The notes under the pieces were generated by a model, which was not told the DNA's origin, searched no databases, and worked only from the letters and a program-made list of their open reading frames with translations. Positions 1-7,808 of a stretch of 10,760 nt of DNA are shown here, one piece after another. Origin of the DNA: an uncultured Fibrobacterales bacterium (GTDB taxonomy: Bacteria > Fibrobacterota > Fibrobacteria > Fibrobacterales > CAWVXU01). The translations under genes and the position numbers were made by a program. The stretch covers positions 1 to 10,760 of the forward strand of contig CAWVXU010000087.1 in the NCBI GenBank assembly GCA_963934255.1, read 5' to 3'. Within the stretch, counting starts at the first letter, position 1. Every line of letters starts with the position of its first letter.

Positions 1-2
1 CG

Positions 3-1403
3 ACCTTTAGTATTGATGTAGATAACGCATCTTATTCTCATGCTCGTCGTATGCTGAATCGTGGACAAACTCTACCTGAAGGTAGTGTGAGAGTCGAAGA
101 GATGATTAATTATTTTAATTATAGCTACCCGGCACCTCAAGGTAAACACCCCTTTAGCATCATTTCAGAAGTTGCACAAAGCCCTTGGAACTCGGCCAAC
201 AAACTTGTTCACATTGGCATCCAAGGTAAGACACTTGATTACGATGATGTGAAAGCTTCTAATCTTGTTTTCTTATTAGATGTCTCGGGATCAATGAATC
301 ATTCAAATAAGTTACCACTATTAAAAAGATCGCTAGCAAAACTTTTGACCAAATTAGGACCTCAAGATAGAGTTGCTATTGTCGCCTATGCAGGTGCTGC
401 TGGACTCGTTCTTCCTTCAACTCCCGCTTCACAAAGACAGACTATCTTGAACTCATTAAATCACCTACAAGCTGGTGGCTCTACAGCCGGTGGAGCAGGG
501 ATTCAACTTGCATATGATGTAGCTTTGAAAAACCTCATCGAAGATGGTAATAACCGTGTCATCCTAGCTACCGATGGTGACTTTAATGTTGGGACTTCAA
601 GTTCAGCCGACTTGGTAAAATTGATTAAATCAAAACGTGATCAGGATATCTTTTTGACCATCTGTGGATTTGGTATGGGAAATTACAAAGACGGTCGTAT
701 GGAAGAAATTTCCAATGCCGGTAACGGTAATTACTTCTACATCGATAATGACAAAGAAGCCGACAAAGTATTCGTCAGAGAAATGAGAGCAAACATGTTT
801 ACTATTGCAAAAGATGTGAAAATCCAGGTTGAATTTAACCCTCAAAAAGTTGCTGCTTATCGCCTGATTGGTTATGTCAATCGCAAACTCAATAAAGAGG
901 ATTTTAACAATGACAAAAAAGATGCTGGTGAACTAGGTGCAGGACACACAGTTACGGCATTATATGAAATCACTCCAGTAGGCTCTGAAACAACATTAGC
1001 AAGTAGTGTTGACCCTTTAAAATACCAACGTGCATCTCAATCCAAGAGATCAAATTCCGGCGAACTGATGACCCTCAAGTTTCGCTATAAAGAACCTAAA
1101 GAAACAAAATCAAAATTGATTGTCACCAACATCAAAGACCAAAATCGCCCGTGGGAAAAAATGAGCCCTGACTTTAGGTTCTCAGCAGCGGTTGCGGCAT
1201 TTGGAATGAAGATTTCTCACTCAAAACACATAGTAATATCGTGGAATCAAGTTCACAAAATGGCTCAAGGGGCTTTAGATCAAGACCAAGGTGGAGACCG
1301 AACTGAATTCCTTAAACTGGTATCTCAAGCTCAGTCAATTTACCCTGAGCAAGTTGCTGCTGTCATTGAAAAAACAAATTACAATAGTCGTCAAGTTCAT
1401 TAG
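3..1403 (+). CDS. yfbK: YfbK-like von Willebrand factor type A protein (vWF_A + VWA + DUF3520), 5'-truncated by the window edge
   Basis: The frame is open from base 3 (TFSIDVDNASYSHARR) into the listed ORF, so ATG 51 is internal. Family motifs: TFSIDVD.ASY, VRVEEMINYF, NLVFLLDVSGSM (MIDAS DxSxS), GGSTAGGAGI, RVILATDGDFNVG, TIAKDVKIQVEFNP, DAGELGAGHTVTALYEI, FRFSAAVAAFG. Stop TAG at 1401-1403. Confidence 0.9.
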   Translation, partial: TFSIDVDNASYSHARRMLNRGQTLPEGSVRVEEMINYFNYSYPAPQGKHPFSIISEVAQSPWNSANKLVHIGIQGKTLDYDDVKASNLVFLLDVSGSMNHSNKLPLLKRSLAKLLTKLGPQDRVAIVAYAGAAGLVLPSTPASQRQTILNSLNHLQAGGSTAGGAGIQLAYDVALKNLIEDGNNRVILATDGDFNVGTSSSADLVKLIKSKRDQDIFLTICGFGMGNYKDGRMEEISNAGNGNYFYIDNDKEADKVFVREMRANMFTIAKDVKIQVEFNPQKVAAYRLIGYVNRKLNKEDFNNDKKDAGELGAGHTVTALYEITPVGSETTLASSVDPLKYQRASQSKRSNSGELMTLKFRYKEPKETKSKLIVTNIKDQNRPWEKMSPDFRFSAAVAAFGMKISHSKHIVISWNQVHKMAQGALDQDQGGDRTEFLKLVSQAQSIYPEQVAAVIEKTNYNSRQVH

Positions 1404-1428
1404 TTGAAAGGAAGTAAGGGAGTAAGGG

Positions 1429-1459
1429 AGGCTCGCCGTATAGATGGTGAGCCTTTTTT
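1429..1459 (+). terminator. Rho-independent terminator of the vWA gene
   Basis: Stem AGGCTCGCCGT / ATGGTGAGCCT (11 bp, two G:U pairs), loop ATAG, then a T run. It starts 25 nt after the stop, between convergent genes. Confidence 0.85.
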
Positions 1460-1489
1460 GTGAATTTGGAAAAGGATATGAGATGAGAT

Positions 1490-2599
1490 CTAGAAAAACT
1501 GGCGGAAATAACTTCTGACACCTTTGGATAGCATCAAATAAAGATAAACCACAGTTAATATCCCACTCACACTACTCATCACCATCCCCCATAATGGCAG
1601 ATGATGAAGCTCTTCGATAAAATGATTTACAGAATCGGCCGAATCTCCGAATGCGGTAATGATCAAACTCGTGAGTAAAACAGCAAAGAGATGAAAAGCA
1701 CTAAATCGTTTGAACATCGAGCCGGCGCTGAGTTCTTTGCTTTTAAGAATCGACTTGTTCATGGCAAAAAACGCATAAAAAAGAGGAGCACTCCACCCGA
1801 GTAGTACATAAAGAATCATCCCCACACCCATGGCTTCATCAGCCTCAGCATGATAATCATGGACAAATTGATGCCCCATCACGGCACCAATCAGAACGAT
1901 GAAACCAAAGACATTACCAACAACCTCTACCCAATGGAATTGGTCAGGCTCATGATCATGATGACACTGGTGTTCTTGGTCTTGAGATGAATGACTGTGC
2001 TGAAAGGTGTTATGAAAAATAATATGAAGTAAAGAGCCTGCTACAAGTGCCTGAAAACACTGAATAATCTGGGCGGGGAAGAAATTGACAATCTCGTTCA
2101 CCCCATAATAACCGACTAAAGTACCACCCGTCATCCAGAACAAAAGCCAAAGCACCAGACGGTTACCAAAATGTGGTCTCACGAGCCACCACAAACCAAA
2201 TCCAAGAGGGATCCGATGTAAAATTACAGCTATGCCCAACATCTCACCAGTCTGATGCTCACTGAAATCAGACATCTCTGCAAGCATGGTGCCATCAAGT
2301 GCTGCGTGAAGAGAAAGTCCAATACCCACATAGACAAAAGAGGCCAAGTGAGTTGATGTCTCATTGACTTTGAAAACTCTCTCCATGACCACTGGTAGCC
2401 ACATCCCGACAGCTAAACTGACAAGGCCCCACGCTCCACTGACTTCTAGGGACTCAGGGATAATACTAAAGAAAAGTAGGCCCACAAGAGACACAAAAAT
2501 AAAACCATCAAGGAAGCTAATCCATGGTGAGTTCCGACGAATCCGACTAAATAATAGCGGACCGAACCATAGCGGTATTAAACTTAAAATCAACATCAT
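1490..2599 (-). CDS. ZIP-like (ZupT-related) divalent metal transporter/permease with His-rich loop
   Basis: Many hydrophobic segments. LHAALDG and LHRIPLG fall at ZIP TM4/TM5-like positions, followed by AGSLLHII and a His-rich stretch HNTFQHSHSSQDQEHQCHHDHEPDQFH. Start placed at ATG 2599 (or 2596), 17 nt after the DTW stop, rather than at 2656, which overlaps the DTW gene. Confidence 0.7.
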   Translation of the reverse strand: MMLILSLIPLWFGPLLFSRIRRNSPWISFLDGFIFVSLVGLLFFSIIPESLEVSGAWGLVSLAVGMWLPVVMERVFKVNETSTHLASFVYVGIGLSLHAALDGTMLAEMSDFSEHQTGEMLGIAVILHRIPLGFGLWWLVRPHFGNRLVLWLLFWMTGGTLVGYYGVNEIVNFFPAQIIQCFQALVAGSLLHIIFHNTFQHSHSSQDQEHQCHHDHEPDQFHWVEVVGNVFGFIVLIGAVMGHQFVHDYHAEADEAMGVGMILYVLLGWSAPLFYAFFAMNKSILKSKELSAGSMFKRFSAFHLFAVLLTSLIITAFGDSADSVNHFIEELHHLPLWGMVMSSVSGILTVVYLYLMLSKGVRSYFRQFF

Positions 2600-2616
2600 T
2601 GCACAAAGATAGTTTT

Positions 2617-3594
2617 TTAGAGCTTTAATTGCTCTTGTTGTCTTGCCTTTATCCACTCAACCACGGCTTCGGGGCTCTTAAAATGTTCTAATTGATTGAG
2701 GTACTCGTCTTCACTCATGTTGGCTTCAATAAAGCTTCTCTGCTTAATATTCATACTCAAATGAAGCCAATTCAAAGCACCTGTACGAAAAGTTTCTTCT
2801 CTTCTCTGAGCCCGATCTTTATGCCTTGATAGAGTTTTACTTCTTTGACATTCGAGTTGGTTATCTACCATCTTATCAAAGATATCTAGGAGCTCAAAAT
2901 AAGGCGTTCGGGATTGATTGGAGATGTCGATGGACACAGAGTTTTTAGTTGATTTTACTTCTGAAGATGAGGATATAGCTAAAGCCGGGGGCGCCGAAAC
3001 TTCAAAACCTGAATCATAAGCTCGAAGTGCTGTGACAACGGACTCAATCGTCGACACACAATGAGGCGCCGGTTCTTTGCGAATGCGATAATTTGATTCA
3101 CTCGGCGGGGTAAATCTAAAATGAGGCATAGACTTCATAGAAGGAGTTCGATGAATCATCTTCTTGGCTTCATTCCAAGTTCCATCAACGACGATTAAGC
3201 ATTTCAAATCAGCAGGAGCTTCAGCCAAATCTTGAGCATCATCAGATGGATACATCAATCCAATTTCACCTGGTTTAAATCGGGCTAAATTCTTTTGGTA
3301 CTCCTGAATATCGTCCAGCTCAACACCAGTTGCGCACCATGCTTTTGCAAGAGACAAGAAGGCGAGGCGACCGGTATTAATCGGGTTCTTGTATTCTCTT
3401 GGATGAAAAACAATCCCAATTTCTAAAGTATTCCGAACCTGGACTATTTGAGAACAAAGACAAAGATCTCCGGCCTTCCAACACCGATAACAAAATTTCC
3501 GCGTCACTTCTGGAAGTGGACTTATTTTGCGAATCGCCTTCGGGTCTCGGGGCCGTTTGGGGTTGTGATATTCATTGGAATCAAAATCAGACAT
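2617..3594 (-). CDS. tapT: DTW-domain tRNA-uridine aminocarboxypropyltransferase (TapT/YfiP-like)
   Basis: N-terminal Zn-knuckle CYRC...CLC, HPRE, NTGRL, signature LIVVDGTWNEAKKM (DxTW), SNYRIRKEP and VSTIES. Confidence 0.88.
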   Translation of the reverse strand: MSDFDSNEYHNPKRPRDPKAIRKISPLPEVTRKFCYRCWKAGDLCLCSQIVQVRNTLEIGIVFHPREYKNPINTGRLAFLSLAKAWCATGVELDDIQEYQKNLARFKPGEIGLMYPSDDAQDLAEAPADLKCLIVVDGTWNEAKKMIHRTPSMKSMPHFRFTPPSESNYRIRKEPAPHCVSTIESVVTALRAYDSGFEVSAPPALAISSSSEVKSTKNSVSIDISNQSRTPYFELLDIFDKMVDNQLECQRSKTLSRHKDRAQRREETFRTGALNWLHLSMNIKQRSFIEANMSEDEYLNQLEHFKSPEAVVEWIKARQQEQLKL

Positions 3595-3674
3595 ATCTTT
3601 GAATTTTTCTAGTAAAAACTTGGGTGAGCAGGTTTTAAACCACTATTTAAAAGTCAATTCCAATTTAGAATATT

Positions 3675-3689
3675 TGTTACCTTATTAAT
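3675..3689 (+). promoter_or_regulatory. Candidate extended -10 promoter (TGtTACCTT) giving a leaderless transcript for the peptidase fusion
   Basis: TG at 3675-3676 and TACCTT at 3678-3683 (TAnnnT), exactly 6 nt before ATG 3690. No Shine-Dalgarno sequence upstream. Confidence 0.4.
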
Positions 3690-5165
3690 ATGAAAAAGCT
3701 TCTTTTGGGTCAAGACACGAGCCCTCTCCGACCGGTTCCTTTTGAGCCCGATCATCTCTTACATCGTGGGGTGATTTCCCATTACTGTATTATGAAAGAA
3801 CATGCCGCATTGGCTGGTATAGAACTGCGCTTAGTTTCCGCCTGGAGATCCTTCGACAAACAGTCTCAAATCTGGAATAAAAAGGTAGGTGGTCAAGCAC
3901 CTTTATTAGACTTAAATAGTCAGCATTTAGATGTTAGCAGCCTCAGCCAAACACAGATTCAGAAGGCGATTTTAAATTGGTCCGCTCTACCTGGATCAAG
4001 CCGGCATCATTGGGGTACAGACTTTGATATCTATGATGCAAATGCGATGGATATTCAAGATGTTGAGCTCATTCCAAGCGAATACGAACCCCAAGGACCC
4101 ATGTCTCAACTAGGACTTTGGCTTGACAAATGGTTGAATTCTGAAAACAACCCCGGGTTTTACAGACCTTATAGCTCGCCTCGCCCGATGGAAACTACCG
4201 GTTATAATAATGAACCCTGGCATTTGAGCTTTGCTCCACTCAGTCAACATCTCCTAGCTCAATTTGAAGCGACAGACCTTGAAAAAGCTTTGAGAGAAAA
4301 TCCGCCTCTGACATTTGAAAACAGAGATTTGACCACTTGGGTTGAAAAGTTTTATCAAGAATATATCATCAATATTGCTCCGTATCCAGGACAACTCCTT
4401 AATCAAGCCCCCTACTCCACAAAAGGCCTCTTGCCTGATTGGTATAAAGAAGGGGTCACTTCTCTAGGTCAAACCACCCAAGGGCATGAACTTGAAATAT
4501 TTAGTCAGTTTACTTCTCAACACCAACCCAAAATTCTCATCATAGCCTCTCACCATGGGGATGAAAGTGAAGGCTTACAGCTTTTATCAAGGAGTATTCG
4601 ATCAATTCAGGGCGTTCGCCCTAATGTCTCTATTATACTCAATGCCAATCCCGATGGCTCGATTGCCGGCACAAGAGGAAACTCTCGAGGAGTCGACCTC
4701 AATCGTAACTGGCCTACTCAGGAATGGCAAAGTCAAGTCGTTGCAATCAAACAAACGATGGATGATCCACGCTTACCTTATTTGACCCCAGGACTGACCC
4801 CCGGCTCTGAACCTGAAACGCGAAGCTTAAAATCTTGGGTCGAATCCAATCAACCCGATTGTATTATTTCCATCCACTCCCCCTTGGGTTGCATCGACCT
4901 CAATGGCAATTCTGAAACCCAACAACAAATCGCCCAAGCCATGCACCGAGTCAGTGGCCTCCCGATCGTCCGTGGCGTAGGTTACGCCACACCAGGTTCT
5001 TTTGGCACTTGGTGTGAAGAAAATAATTTCGCTTTAATTACACTCGAGCTCGAAAGTCTTTCTCGTGAGGAACTCAATCAAAAGTGGCAGCCCTTCTTTA
5101 CACATTTGATAAAGAAGACTGACACCGCTCATCAAGCATCTTTAGAAAGTCTATTATGGTTTTAA
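3690..5165 (+). CDS. Fusion: N-terminal M15 (VanY/LdcB-like) Zn carboxypeptidase + C-terminal M14 murein tripeptide amidase MpaA-like domain
   Basis: aa ~1-230 (M15): SAWRSFDKQ, WSALPGSSRHHWGTDFD (SxHxxGxxxD) and EPWH. aa ~240-480 (MpaA/M14): HGDE, NPDG...RGNSRGVDLNRNWP, PGSEPET, ISIHSPL, VGYATPGSFGTW and ITLE. One continuous frame with no obvious signal peptide. Confidence 0.88.
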   Translation: MKKLLLGQDTSPLRPVPFEPDHLLHRGVISHYCIMKEHAALAGIELRLVSAWRSFDKQSQIWNKKVGGQAPLLDLNSQHLDVSSLSQTQIQKAILNWSALPGSSRHHWGTDFDIYDANAMDIQDVELIPSEYEPQGPMSQLGLWLDKWLNSENNPGFYRPYSSPRPMETTGYNNEPWHLSFAPLSQHLLAQFEATDLEKALRENPPLTFENRDLTTWVEKFYQEYIINIAPYPGQLLNQAPYSTKGLLPDWYKEGVTSLGQTTQGHELEIFSQFTSQHQPKILIIASHHGDESEGLQLLSRSIRSIQGVRPNVSIILNANPDGSIAGTRGNSRGVDLNRNWPTQEWQSQVVAIKQTMDDPRLPYLTPGLTPGSEPETRSLKSWVESNQPDCIISIHSPLGCIDLNGNSETQQQIAQAMHRVSGLPIVRGVGYATPGSFGTWCEENNFALITLELESLSREELNQKWQPFFTHLIKKTDTAHQASLESLLWF

Positions 5166-6388
5166 ATTTAATTTGGATATTTTTCATTCTAGCCGCTTTT
5201 GTAACCGGGCTAGTACGTCTTATTTTTTTTGGTGAAATAGATATTTTTCAAAAAATGGTCGACTCAACATTCTCCATGTCCAAAACAGCCTTTGAAATTT
5301 GTCTGGGACTGACCGGAGTCTTAACTCTTTGGCTTGGTTTGATGAAAGTCGGTGAAAATGGCGGTGCTGTACAAATTCTTTCTCGCATTGTTTCTCCATT
5401 TTTCTCCAAACTTTTCCCTGAAATCCCTGCTGGTCACAAAGCTTACGGCTCAATCATGCTGAATTTTGCTGCCAACATGCTCGGGCTTGATAATGCCGCA
5501 ACTCCAGCTGGACTGAAAGCGATGAAGGAGCTGCAAGAGCTCAACCCCACCCCTGATCGAGCCTCAAATGCTCAGATTATGTTCCTCGTACTCAATACAT
5601 CAGGACTGACCATACTTCCTATTAGCGTCATGGCTTATCGCGCTGAGTTAGGCGCTGCCAACCCGAGTGATATCTTCTTACCTATTTTACTGACCACTTA
5701 TTTCTCAACTCTTGCCGGACTTCTGGCGGTGAGTGCTTACCAAAAAATCAACCTATTACAAAAACCAATCCTTATCGGATTAGGGATCATGACCGCAGTG
5801 ATTGCCGCGCTACTGAGTTGGTTTATGAGTATGCAAGGCAGTGAATTAGAATCAACATCACAACTCATCGCTTCTTTACTCCTTATGAGTATCATCACAG
5901 GATTTGTGGGGCTCGCTGCATATAAAAAAGTCAATGTCTATGAAAGCTTTATTGAAGGTGCCAAAGAGGGGTTTCAAATCGCCGTTCAGATTATTCCCTA
6001 TCTCGTGGCCATATTAGTCGCCATAGCTGTATTTAGAGCATCCGGTGCCATGGACTTAATCATGGATGGGTTTAAGGCGGCGTTCATTTACTTCGGGTGG
6101 AATACTGAGATCGTCAACGCTCTACCTACTGCGATGATGAAACCATTATCGGGCAGTGGAGCTCGCGGTATGATGGTGGATACGATTAATACATTTGGAG
6201 CCGATAGCTTCTCAGCTCGACTAGCCTCTACCTTCCAAGGCGCAACCGATACCACTTTCTTTATTATTGCCGTCTACTTTGGCTCAGTCAAAATCAAACA
6301 CACCAGACACGCAGTTCAGTGTGGGCTTATTGCTGATGGTGTTGGGATTGTCGCAGCAATTATTATTGCAACGCTTTTCTTTGGCTAG
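5156..6388 (+). CDS. spmAB: Fused SpmA-SpmB (spore maturation protein-like, nucleoside-recognition Gate domain) inner-membrane protein
   Basis: SpmA motifs MVLNLIW, LWLGLMKV, NFAANMLGLDNAATPAGLKAMKELQELN and MFLVLNTS. SpmB motifs VNVYESFIEGAKEGF, IIPYLVAILVAI, PTAMMKPLSGSGARG and GATDTTFFIIAVYFGSVKIKHTRHA. The ATG overlaps the upstream gene by 10 nt. Confidence 0.92.
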   Translation: MVLNLIWIFFILAAFVTGLVRLIFFGEIDIFQKMVDSTFSMSKTAFEICLGLTGVLTLWLGLMKVGENGGAVQILSRIVSPFFSKLFPEIPAGHKAYGSIMLNFAANMLGLDNAATPAGLKAMKELQELNPTPDRASNAQIMFLVLNTSGLTILPISVMAYRAELGAANPSDIFLPILLTTYFSTLAGLLAVSAYQKINLLQKPILIGLGIMTAVIAALLSWFMSMQGSELESTSQLIASLLLMSIITGFVGLAAYKKVNVYESFIEGAKEGFQIAVQIIPYLVAILVAIAVFRASGAMDLIMDGFKAAFIYFGWNTEIVNALPTAMMKPLSGSGARGMMVDTINTFGADSFSARLASTFQGATDTTFFIIAVYFGSVKIKHTRHAVQCGLIADGVGIVAAIIIATLFFG

Positions 6389-6393
6389 GGAAA

Positions 6394-7371
6394 TTAAACT
6401 AACTCGCCACCACAGCTCGAACCAGCACCGGCTGTGCAGCCATAACAATGATCCATCGTCAAGATAGAACGACCTTGAACCTTACTTATATCTACATCAA
6501 AAACTGTTGGACTCCCTACTATAGGAAGATCTAGCATCTGATTAAAATCACAATCATAAATTTTACCATCATGAGATACATTGACTTGATGTCTACACAT
6601 CAGACCTTCAACAGTAGCCGGGTTATAAGCGTTCATCAACGTCTCAATGTAAGCTTCGTATTTATCTGCGCGAAGTAGGGATTCTAGGAAACGGTTGACC
6701 GGTAAATTATTGATACAATAAAGGTCGTTAAATTTGACATTGAACTGCTCAAAAAGCTTGGTCTTAAACTCTTTTTGAAGTTCGGATTGATTACCTGATA
6801 ATAAGATGCCTGAAGGATTATAGACCAGGTGCAAAGGAAGCTCTGGATCAACTCCATATCCTAAATCATTGAGAATTTGAAGACCTTGGATTGAGCGTTC
6901 AAAAACTCCATTTCCACGCTGCTTATCCGTACGTCTAGCAGCGAAGTGTGGTAAAGACGACACGACTTCAACTTGATTTTCTTTAAGAAATGGTCCAAGC
7001 CATTCGTAGCCTGGTTCGGTTAAAATTGTCAGATTACATCGATCAATGACGTTTTTGCCAAGAGCACGCGCGCCGCGTACGAGAGTTTTGAATTGAGCGT
7101 GACCTTCAGGGGCACCGCCGGTAAGATCAACCGTCTCAATCGTATCCCAAGACTCTATCAGCTTTAAACATTGCAGAGCTGTGGCCTCATCCATATCTTC
7201 AGTCCGAATAGGTGAAGCGTCGACATGGCAATGCTGGCAGGCCTGATTACACCATTTCCCAATATTAATCTGAAAGACTTTTACATCAGATGCAATCAGA
7301 GGTGCTTCTACTTTTTCTAAAAAGGTCGGAGATGCCTTACTTAATGCAGAAAGTTGTTTTGAAATATCCAT
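6394..7371 (-). CDS. arsS: ArsS-family radical SAM protein (arsenosugar biosynthesis radical SAM / Cys-rich DUF3641)
   Basis: QINIGKWCNQACQHCHVDASP (CxxxCxxC), DLTGGAPE, VIDRCNLTIL, LVYNP, LMCRHQ, YDCDFNQML and the C-terminal HCYGCTAGAGSSCGG typical of DUF3641. Confidence 0.9.
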   Translation of the reverse strand: MDISKQLSALSKASPTFLEKVEAPLIASDVKVFQINIGKWCNQACQHCHVDASPIRTEDMDEATALQCLKLIESWDTIETVDLTGGAPEGHAQFKTLVRGARALGKNVIDRCNLTILTEPGYEWLGPFLKENQVEVVSSLPHFAARRTDKQRGNGVFERSIQGLQILNDLGYGVDPELPLHLVYNPSGILLSGNQSELQKEFKTKLFEQFNVKFNDLYCINNLPVNRFLESLLRADKYEAYIETLMNAYNPATVEGLMCRHQVNVSHDGKIYDCDFNQMLDLPIVGSPTVFDVDISKVQGRSILTMDHCYGCTAGAGSSCGGELV

Positions 7372-7700
7372 TACAGCTCTAAATCATCAATTTTGTTCAT
7401 CATTTGTACTGAGTGCACTAGTGTCACGCCGGCGGCGATTGCTGCTGCCACGTGAACGGCTTCAGACATTTGTTCTTCATCGGAACCTTTATCGAGGGCA
7501 TCTTTAGAATAAGAATCAATACAATAAGGGCATTTTAAAGCATGTGAAACAGCTAATGCAATCAGTGACTTTTCTCGAGCGCTTAAAGCACCTTCTTTCA
7601 TCACAGATCCATAATAGTCAAAAAATTTATCACCGAGATCTTTGTTCACTCGGCCTATATCACCAAATTTCTTTAAGTCATCAGAATTATAATAATCCAT
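7371..7700 (-). CDS. ArsS-associated peroxidase-like protein (CMD/AhpD family)
   Basis: YYNSDDLKKFGDI, FFDYY, GALSAREKSLIALAVSH, CPYC, EAVHVAAAI and GVTLVHSVQM. SD-like AGGGG 5 nt before the ATG. Its TAA overlaps the arsS ATG (TAATG), indicating translational coupling. Confidence 0.9.
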   Translation of the reverse strand: MDYYNSDDLKKFGDIGRVNKDLGDKFFDYYGSVMKEGALSAREKSLIALAVSHALKCPYCIDSYSKDALDKGSDEEQMSEAVHVAAAIAAGVTLVHSVQMMNKIDDLEL

Positions 7701-7714
7701 AATATCCCCTCATC

Positions 7715-7745
7715 TTTATAACTGTGGTCAAACCTATAGGTCAAA
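7715..7745 (-). promoter_or_regulatory. Candidate sigma70 promoter and operator for the peroxidase-arsS operon
   Basis: Minus strand TTGACC (7744-7739), 18 nt, TATAAA (7720-7715). Perfect palindrome ACCTATAGGT (7732-7741) and direct repeat TTTGACC twice at a 13-bp period. Confidence 0.5.
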
Positions 7746-7772
7746 ACTTACATAGAATCTACCAATATGAAC

Positions 7773-7808
7773 AAAAAAATCCCCTAGACTTGGTAGACAT
7801 AGGAGATT
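7773..7808 (-). terminator. Rho-independent terminator of the small 7837-8043 gene
   Basis: Minus strand AATCTCCTA, 13-nt loop, TAGGGGATT, then TTTTT. The G:U pair and U tract work only on the minus strand. Confidence 0.65.

Noticed and set aside
870..884. GYVNR instead of the usual GYENR in the YfbK-like protein
   Set aside because: A single substitution with all other motifs intact; not enough to infer altered function.
2600..2656. Longer start for the ZIP-like gene
   Set aside because: It overlaps the tapT 3' end by 40 nt. The first hydrophobic helix begins at ATG 2599/2596.
3690..4379. vanY vancomycin-resistance gene
   Set aside because: No vanHAX/vanRS context and no membrane anchor. 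The motifs fit the housekeeping M15 subfamily.
5156..6388. Evidence of sporulation
   Set aside because: Fused SpmAB proteins are widespread in non-sporulating Gram-negative bacteria.
6394..6450. Selenocysteine recoding in the ArsS C-terminus
   Set aside because: The GSSCGG Cys is TGT and the ORF ends in TAA, with no in-frame TGA.
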